A DNA stretch of 64,000 nucleotides from Candidatus Ozemobacteraceae bacterium (lineage in GTDB: Bacteria; Muiribacteriota; Ozemobacteria; Ozemobacterales; Ozemobacteraceae): NCBI GenBank assembly GCA_965140445.1, contig OZ223236.1, positions 4,608,001 to 4,672,000 on the forward strand. The letters are read 5' to 3'. Position 1 is the stretch's first letter, and each line of letters begins with the position of its first letter. Below the pieces are notes generated by a model that had not been told where the DNA came from, ran no database searches, and saw only the letters and a program-made list of their open reading frames with translations. Positions 58,712 through 64,000 of the stretch are shown here, in pieces. Both the position numbers and the translations under genes were made by a program.

Positions 58712-59242
58712 ATGCCAAATTCTGATTTACGTCTTTTCTTTGCGGTATATCCAACACAGGAACTTGTAAATACTGTTGCGGATATTCAAACCAAATTAGG
58801 AAAAGGCTGGAAACCAAGCAATCTCCTTCAATTGCACATCACTCTTGCCTTTTTAGGAAAAGTTCCTGGCTCTAAACTTAATGAAATTGTAAAAATTGGA
58901 AACGAAATTGCTTCGAATAACAGCAAATTTGAGCTTTGTTCTTCGGGGATAAAAACCTTCAGTGCAAATGAAAATGATAAACCATCAGTCTTATACATTG
59001 AAATTTTCTCAGATCCACTTAAAAAATTATCAAATGAACTTAAAGAACAATTATCAGAATTTGTAGACCCAAAACCATTTAAAGCTCATTTAACTATTGC
59101 CAGAAAAAAGGGAGATATACTCAGCTTCCCAGAATCAATACCAGAATTTAGTTGGCAAGCTAAGAGCTTTAAACTTATCCAAAGCAAATTGAATTCTAAC
59201 GGCGCCAGCCACTCAATTATCAGAGAGTTTCAATTGGACTAA
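58712..59242 (+). CDS. thpR: RNA 2',3'-cyclic phosphodiesterase (2H family)
   Basis: RLFFA, LHITLAFLG and FKAHLTIAR (two HxT motifs). Confidence 0.9.
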   Translation: MPNSDLRLFFAVYPTQELVNTVADIQTKLGKGWKPSNLLQLHITLAFLGKVPGSKLNEIVKIGNEIASNNSKFELCSSGIKTFSANENDKPSVLYIEIFSDPLKKLSNELKEQLSEFVDPKPFKAHLTIARKKGDILSFPESIPEFSWQAKSFKLIQSKLNSNGASHSIIREFQLD

Positions 59243-59245
59243 AAG

Positions 59246-59282
59246 AAAAACCCGACTTAAAATCAATTTAAGTCGGGTTTTT
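59246..59282. terminator. Bidirectional intrinsic terminator
   Basis: AAAAACCCGACTTAAA-ATCAA-TTTAAGTCGGGTTTTT. Confidence 0.9.
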
Positions 59283-59297
59283 AAGGCTTAACTAAAT

Positions 59298-60335
59298 TTA
59301 CTTGAACAATTCTGAAGGATCTGCAAAGAAATTATCTTTATTAACCTCAGGGTATTTCTTTCCAAGTATTCCCTTTTTCTGTAAGTAAGAAGGAACAATT
59401 ACCGGCATTGTCGCACGCACATTGTAAATCATACTTGGAAGAGTCCAGAATCGAACTTTCTTCTTAGAAAATTTGTTCAAAAGAATTACAAGGTTATTTG
59501 TACAATTGTTTCTTGTTGTGTGATAAAATTCGCCTTCACGATTAACACCTGCTTGCTTAATTGTTTCAGCAAGCAAAGCCATTTTATTCGGCTTATCAAA
59601 TTCAACCTTAAACACATTCATTTTCTTTTCTTCATGGAAACAAGTTTCAGCAGCGTAGTTCTCCCATGTGGCTAGAACCCACACTATAGGGAATGTTTTT
59701 TTGAAACCTTCTTTTAAAGAATAAGGCTGACCTGGTTTGCAATATGCTTCAATTGTAAGCACGAGACCTCGGGAATCATTTCCCTGCTCATCAACCATCC
59801 CACCCTTTTTGAAGGTGAAAAGCATTAAGCAATGAGCCGCAATCCACTCTGGTGGAAAAGGCTTCTGAATAAAATAAACATTATCGATCAAATTAGGATT
59901 AATTTTGACTTTTCGCCAAAAATACTCTGCGTTTTTATCTTTTTTAACTTTAGGATTTTTACGGGACCAGCGAACATCCTGAACCAGTAAATCGCCAGCT
60001 TTATTTTTTCCAAGAAATTTAGCAGGTCTTTGATAAGCACGCATAGGTCCTGTAAATTTCTCAATTCCATCTTCTACAGGAACTACTTTCTTTACCTTTA
60101 ACTGATTCAGGCGAACCGCATCTTCTGCAATCGCTTCAATCTGTACAGCATCGCCATCGAATTTTTTGGCAGTGCTCTGACTCATTTTCAGACTATAGAC
60201 CCTTTGATCTTTAGTGTGAAAAACAATATCTTTTCCATGGACTGATATTACGCCTTCAAGGCGGTATAAAACCCCAGCAAAAACACTGGAGCTACAAAAG
60301 GTCAATAACAAAATTAATAATAGCTTTTTGTTCAT
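59298..60335 (-). CDS. Secreted DUF4105-like protein
   Basis: Signal peptide; AAHCLM..F, LTIEA and FYHTTRNNCTN (His/Cys pair). Confidence 0.7.
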   Translation of the reverse strand: MNKKLLLILLLTFCSSSVFAGVLYRLEGVISVHGKDIVFHTKDQRVYSLKMSQSTAKKFDGDAVQIEAIAEDAVRLNQLKVKKVVPVEDGIEKFTGPMRAYQRPAKFLGKNKAGDLLVQDVRWSRKNPKVKKDKNAEYFWRKVKINPNLIDNVYFIQKPFPPEWIAAHCLMLFTFKKGGMVDEQGNDSRGLVLTIEAYCKPGQPYSLKEGFKKTFPIVWVLATWENYAAETCFHEEKKMNVFKVEFDKPNKMALLAETIKQAGVNREGEFYHTTRNNCTNNLVILLNKFSKKKVRFWTLPSMIYNVRATMPVIVPSYLQKKGILGKKYPEVNKDNFFADPSELFK

Positions 60336-60402
60336 AGTTTCACCTCACAGAGAAAATTATAAGGATTTTTACTGGATCTGTTAAGGGTTGGTACACATTT
60401 TT

Positions 60403-62082
60403 TTATTGCAACAGTGCTCCAAGCTCCTTAACCTTTAATTCATCTTTTTCTTCAACAGCTTTATAGTATTCTTCCGTAAGCCGCTGTCTTTCAACATTAG
60501 ACATATCATCCTTCTTTTCGGCGGTTTTTGAAAACTCTTCATCAGCAAAATTACCTGTTCCAATAAAAGTATTAGATAATTCATCTTGAGCTTTATCTCG
60601 GCTAAACAAACCTTTCAATTTCTTAATTGAAGATGAGAAACTAAATCTGTAATTTTGAGAGTAAGAATCTCTTGATTTTGCTGATTCAACTATTTTTTTC
60701 CCAATCCAGTCGCCAGCCAGACCACCAATTAATCCCCCAACGATTGGTCCGACAGGACCAAGAATTGGCAAAAGCCCAATTCCAAAATAAGAACCAATGG
60801 CTGCTCCTGAGACTCTGCCAAGGCTAATTCCCTTAATTGCATCTACAAGGGAGGTTTTTCCTTCATCACCTAATGCCTGATAAGTAGCGCTTCCAGCAAC
60901 AGCGGCAATTATTGGAGCAACAGCGGTTCCCAAACCAGGAATTGCCAGCCCAAGCGCCAATCCCCCTATCCCTGCGGCAGCGGAAAAAGCTAAACGCTTC
61001 TGCTCAGAAGGAGCAGTAATTTTCTCAAGTGGAGTTGGTTCTAATTCTGAAATGACTCCATTTGTATTTGAATCCAGAATATTAATCAGTGCAGCTTTGT
61101 CGTTTGGGTATTCTTTTGCAAAGTATGAAAAAAAGCTACTGGTTTTGGTTGGTTTATATTTTTTAAAAATCTGCAAGATTTTTTGATGACCATTTTCAAT
61201 TCCTTCTCCATTTGCAACATTCATTAGAATAGCAGCAAAAAACCCTTCAGTTGCATAAAGCTCATTTTTACCCAAAACCTCATCGTAACCTCTCATTAGA
61301 TAAGGAAAAGTCGAGCCGCTTACAGAAGTTCCCGGATAGTAATCTCCACAATACTCAGCAAAACCTTCCACAAGAGCAAACTCTTCAGAGGTAATTCTAG
61401 TTTTCCAATGGCTAAAACCTTTTTTTTCAGGTAATCCAAAAGCAATCTGACTAATTGTGTAAACCTGAGCAGCTGCCATTTTCAAACCAGTCATTTCAGA
61501 ATGCATTGTATGCCCAAACTCATGGACAAGAACCTCCATTCCATACTCAGATGGTGGAACTCGACTTAAATCATTTACTCTGGACTGAGACAAAAAAGTT
61601 AAATTTGAGGCTTTTAATTCAGTCTTAGTCTTTCCGTCAAGACCAATCACGGTAACAACGCTAGTCCCTTTGTTAAAAGAAATATCCAGGTTCCCATGCT
61701 CATCCAGAACCAACGTCAAAGGCCTGGACGGTTTCCCCTTTTCGGTACGAAGATTTTGGTAATCTCTAATCTGCTGAATAAACCCAGGATTGGAGCTCAA
61801 ATTGTAAATTAAATTTGCATACTTTGAATCATTGAAATCAATTTCTCTAGCTCTTAAATAAGGAGAATATTTGGAGGCTTTGCCTTCCGGGACCAAAATT
61901 CTAACATCGTCTTTAGTTATCTTAAATCCATCAGGTAGAGCAGGAAAATCTTCTGGTGCCAGAGAAGCAGACGCAACCAAAGCTGAAAAAACGAAAAGAA
62001 TAAATAACGTATAAAAGCTAAAGCAATATCTGTTGAGCTTGTAAGATTTTTCTGAAATTGTGGATTTCATTTTAGGCCTCAT
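60403..62082 (-). CDS. Secreted zinc metalloprotease-like protein with C-terminal glycine zipper
   Basis: VHEFGHTMH plus downstream EGFAEY; GxxxG-rich hydrophobic segments. Confidence 0.7.
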   Translation of the reverse strand: MRPKMKSTISEKSYKLNRYCFSFYTLFILFVFSALVASASLAPEDFPALPDGFKITKDDVRILVPEGKASKYSPYLRAREIDFNDSKYANLIYNLSSNPGFIQQIRDYQNLRTEKGKPSRPLTLVLDEHGNLDISFNKGTSVVTVIGLDGKTKTELKASNLTFLSQSRVNDLSRVPPSEYGMEVLVHEFGHTMHSEMTGLKMAAAQVYTISQIAFGLPEKKGFSHWKTRITSEEFALVEGFAEYCGDYYPGTSVSGSTFPYLMRGYDEVLGKNELYATEGFFAAILMNVANGEGIENGHQKILQIFKKYKPTKTSSFFSYFAKEYPNDKAALINILDSNTNGVISELEPTPLEKITAPSEQKRLAFSAAAGIGGLALGLAIPGLGTAVAPIIAAVAGSATYQALGDEGKTSLVDAIKGISLGRVSGAAIGSYFGIGLLPILGPVGPIVGGLIGGLAGDWIGKKIVESAKSRDSYSQNYRFSFSSSIKKLKGLFSRDKAQDELSNTFIGTGNFADEEFSKTAEKKDDMSNVERQRLTEEYYKAVEEKDELKVKELGALLQ

Positions 62083-62209
62083 CTGTAAGTTATTTTTTTA
62101 ATTATACTTATTTCTTGCCTATTTAATATAGAAAAAGGAAATAATTGCCTAAAAATCAATCTATCAAATTTAAATATTTTGGGAAGTTGGTTTCTCGTGA
62201 AACATGCCT

Positions 62210-62671
62210 CTAATATAATTCCGCTTCATGACGCACGAGTCGCCCATCTGTGTACTCAAATTTCCCAGAGAAAATCCCTGATCGTTTCAGCCATGGAAGA
62301 AAAATTTCATCCCCCTCCCACATATTGAGCTCCGGGATTTTTGAATTATCAATCCACTCAAGTTCTCCCTCTGGCGTATTTGAAAGTAGATCACCAGAAA
62401 AGTCATTTGAGGTAAAAACAAAAACATACCAATCCTCGCCCTTACTAAAAGCCGGGAAAGTTAAAAACCCTTTTAACTGCACTTTATTTAAAATCAATCC
62501 GGATTCTTCCAGAACTTCTCTTTTAACGCATTCTTCAGGAGTTTCTCCTGGTTCAAACTTACCGCCTAGACCGTTATATTTGCCATAGTGTGTATCACTT
62601 TTCCGCGAATTTCGATGTAGCATGAGCGTTTGATCGTCTTTTTGCACATAACATAGTGTAGCTAATTTCAT
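62210..62671 (-). CDS. NUDIX hydrolase, 8-oxo-dGTPase (MTH1-like)
   Basis: ATLCY, NGLGGKFEPGETPEECVKREVLEESG Nudix box, MWEGD. Confidence 0.9.
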   Translation of the reverse strand: MKLATLCYVQKDDQTLMLHRNSRKSDTHYGKYNGLGGKFEPGETPEECVKREVLEESGLILNKVQLKGFLTFPAFSKGEDWYVFVFTSNDFSGDLLSNTPEGELEWIDNSKIPELNMWEGDEIFLPWLKRSGIFSGKFEYTDGRLVRHEAELY

Positions 62672-62692
62672 AATGTTCTACCTTTTACTTTT

Positions 62693-63193
62693 TCACCTGA
62701 TAACTCTTGCCAAAAAAGCGATGAGAATGAATATCAAATATATATAAAGAGCAATTTCAATAAGATTTTGCCCGAGGGAAGCATTTTTAACATTTCCAGT
62801 CTTTTCTTTCCAGATTTGGAGCTTTGCTCTGTCCTCATCTCCCAGGTCATCTATTCCGGAACGCAATTCCCAATGATGCAAAAGTTCATGGGCCAGGGTT
62901 TTTCCAATTTCAATTTGAAGATCAGAAACTCTCATATGCGGAAAAGCCCTCTTAAATGAACCATAAAATAGCACCACCACCGGTTGTCCAAAATTCCCAG
63001 CGGGCTGATATTGCCCAAGGACGTAAAGCCCAACCATGTATTCGGAGTATTTTTTTTCAGTAATCTCAACCACAAACTGACTTACCTCCTGCTTAAATTC
63101 AGGAGGAATTTTTTCAAGCTCTGTCACAAAAAGTTCATTGAACTTTTCAAAATCAATAGCCGAAGTTCTGGTTTCAAAATAATCCGAAAACAT
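62693..63193 (-). CDS. Zincin_1-like metallopeptidase with C-terminal TM
   Basis: IPPEF, LGQY, FYGSF and TLAHELLHH motifs. Confidence 0.75.
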   Translation of the reverse strand: MFSDYFETRTSAIDFEKFNELFVTELEKIPPEFKQEVSQFVVEITEKKYSEYMVGLYVLGQYQPAGNFGQPVVVLFYGSFKRAFPHMRVSDLQIEIGKTLAHELLHHWELRSGIDDLGDEDRAKLQIWKEKTGNVKNASLGQNLIEIALYIYLIFILIAFLARVIR

Positions 63194-63400
63194 AATTAAA
63201 TCTCGCCGATCAGTTTCAAAAATTGTATCACATATCCTGCCCTTTTTTTCTGCTGGAAATCTATAACGCGACCTTCTAGTAACTTATCAATTTTTACCTC
63301 CGATGATGCTCTGAAACTAAATCATGCAAATCGAAAACAGGCGCCAATTCAGAGTTAAAATTATTTTTGAAAAAAACTTACATTTTTTTTGAAAAAAGTA

Positions 63401-63429
63401 TTGCCAAACAAACTTTTTTTTGGTAATAT
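63401..63429 (+). promoter_or_regulatory. sigma70 promoter of the tRNA pair
   Basis: TTGCCA-N17-TAATAT with extended TG; same -10 as the other tRNA promoter. Confidence 0.7.
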
Positions 63430-63452
63430 TCATTTCTGTTACCAACCTTTGC

Positions 63453-63535
63453 GCGAGGGTGGCGAAATTGGCAGACGCGCTAGATTTAGGATCTAGTGGT
63501 TAATTACCGTGCGGGTTCAAGTCCCGCCCTTCGCA
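63453..63535 (+). tRNA. tRNA-Leu(TAG)
   Basis: GCGAGGG...CTAGATT-TAG-GATCTAG, long variable arm, GTTCAAG, CCTTCGCA. Confidence 0.95.
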
Positions 63536-63559
63536 GTCACGCGCAAAGCTTACATATAT

Positions 63560-63632
63560 GCGAGAGTAACTCAATTGGTAGAGTCCCTGCCTTCCAAGCA
63601 GGTGGTTGCGAGTTCGAGTCTCGTCTCTCGCT
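63560..63632 (+). tRNA. tRNA-Gly(TCC)
   Basis: GCGAGAG...CCTGCCT-TCC-AAGCAGG...GTTCGAG...CTCTCGCT. Confidence 0.95.
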
Positions 63633-63635
63633 TTG

Positions 63636-63678
63636 AAATAGCAAAAAAGCCGCTTAAAAGCGGCTTTTTTGCTATTTA
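63636..63678 (+). terminator. Intrinsic terminator
   Basis: AAATAGCAAAAAAGCCGCTT-AA-AAGCGGCTTTTTTGCTATTT. Confidence 0.9.
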
Positions 63679-63769
63679 GCTATTTCATACAAATCTTATC
63701 AATGAAAAATTTGCCCAGAAACTTTTTCATTAGTAGAATAGGAAAAAGAACAAACTTGGGAGGACAATT

Positions 63770-64000
63770 TTGACCAGCCAATCGCTTGCCGCAGAAAAAA
63801 GAGCTACCCCTTCCCTCAACTCCTTTCCCTATATAAAATTAACAGTTTTAATAATTCTTCACATTTGCGCCCAGTGGCTTCATTCCTCTCTTTTAAACAC
63901 CACAATGGGAATGAATGTTGAGCTTAGTATTTTTACCAGATTTTCCCTTACCCTCATTAGCGCAAAACTGCTATTAATTACACTTATCGTCGGTTCAGGA
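63770..64000 (+). CDS. Partial membrane protein (runs off the window)
   Basis: GGGAGG SD then TTG at 63770; open frame MTSQSLAAEK...LTVLIILHICAQW... to the window edge. Confidence 0.6.
   Translation, partial: MTSQSLAAEKRATPSLNSFPYIKLTVLIILHICAQWLHSSLLNTTMGMNVELSIFTRFSLTLISAKLLLITLIVGSG

Noticed and set aside
63453..64000. tRNA-anchored prophage or island insertion
   Set aside because: No integrase and no duplicated tRNA 3' end are visible near either tRNA cluster.

Overview
AT-rich bacterial chromosomal window from a diderm, probably anaerobic organism (LptA/AsmA envelope genes, siroheme-dependent ahb heme pathway, MutH-independent MutL). The gene style is reminiscent of Candidatus Riflebacteria, but that is an unverified inference. 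Housekeeping content: a Ski2/HelY helicase-tsaE-tsaB-tsaD-mutL-miaA operon, hemB-ahbD-ahbA-ahbB-hemL, prmA, cinA-thpR, a NUDIX hydrolase and seven tRNA genes in two clusters. Between these lie many secreted or membrane proteins of unknown function, two of them with long tandem repeats. No mobile element or CRISPR array was found. The most notable signal is nucleotide signalling built from incomplete enzymes. (i) Two overlapping 4TM-HAMP class III cyclase genes carry reciprocal halves of the active site, suggesting an obligate heterodimer like mammalian C1/C2. (ii) A cluster pairs a 5'-nucleotidase homologue lacking its metal ligands with an intact GAF-GAF-HD-GYP phosphodiesterase and a catalytically dead cyclase-fold receptor fused to HEAT repeats. 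Other candidates: an exported DxDD class II terpene-cyclase-like protein, a long structured 5' leader, sigma54 and sigma28-like promoters on unknown secreted proteins, and glycine-zipper proteins.
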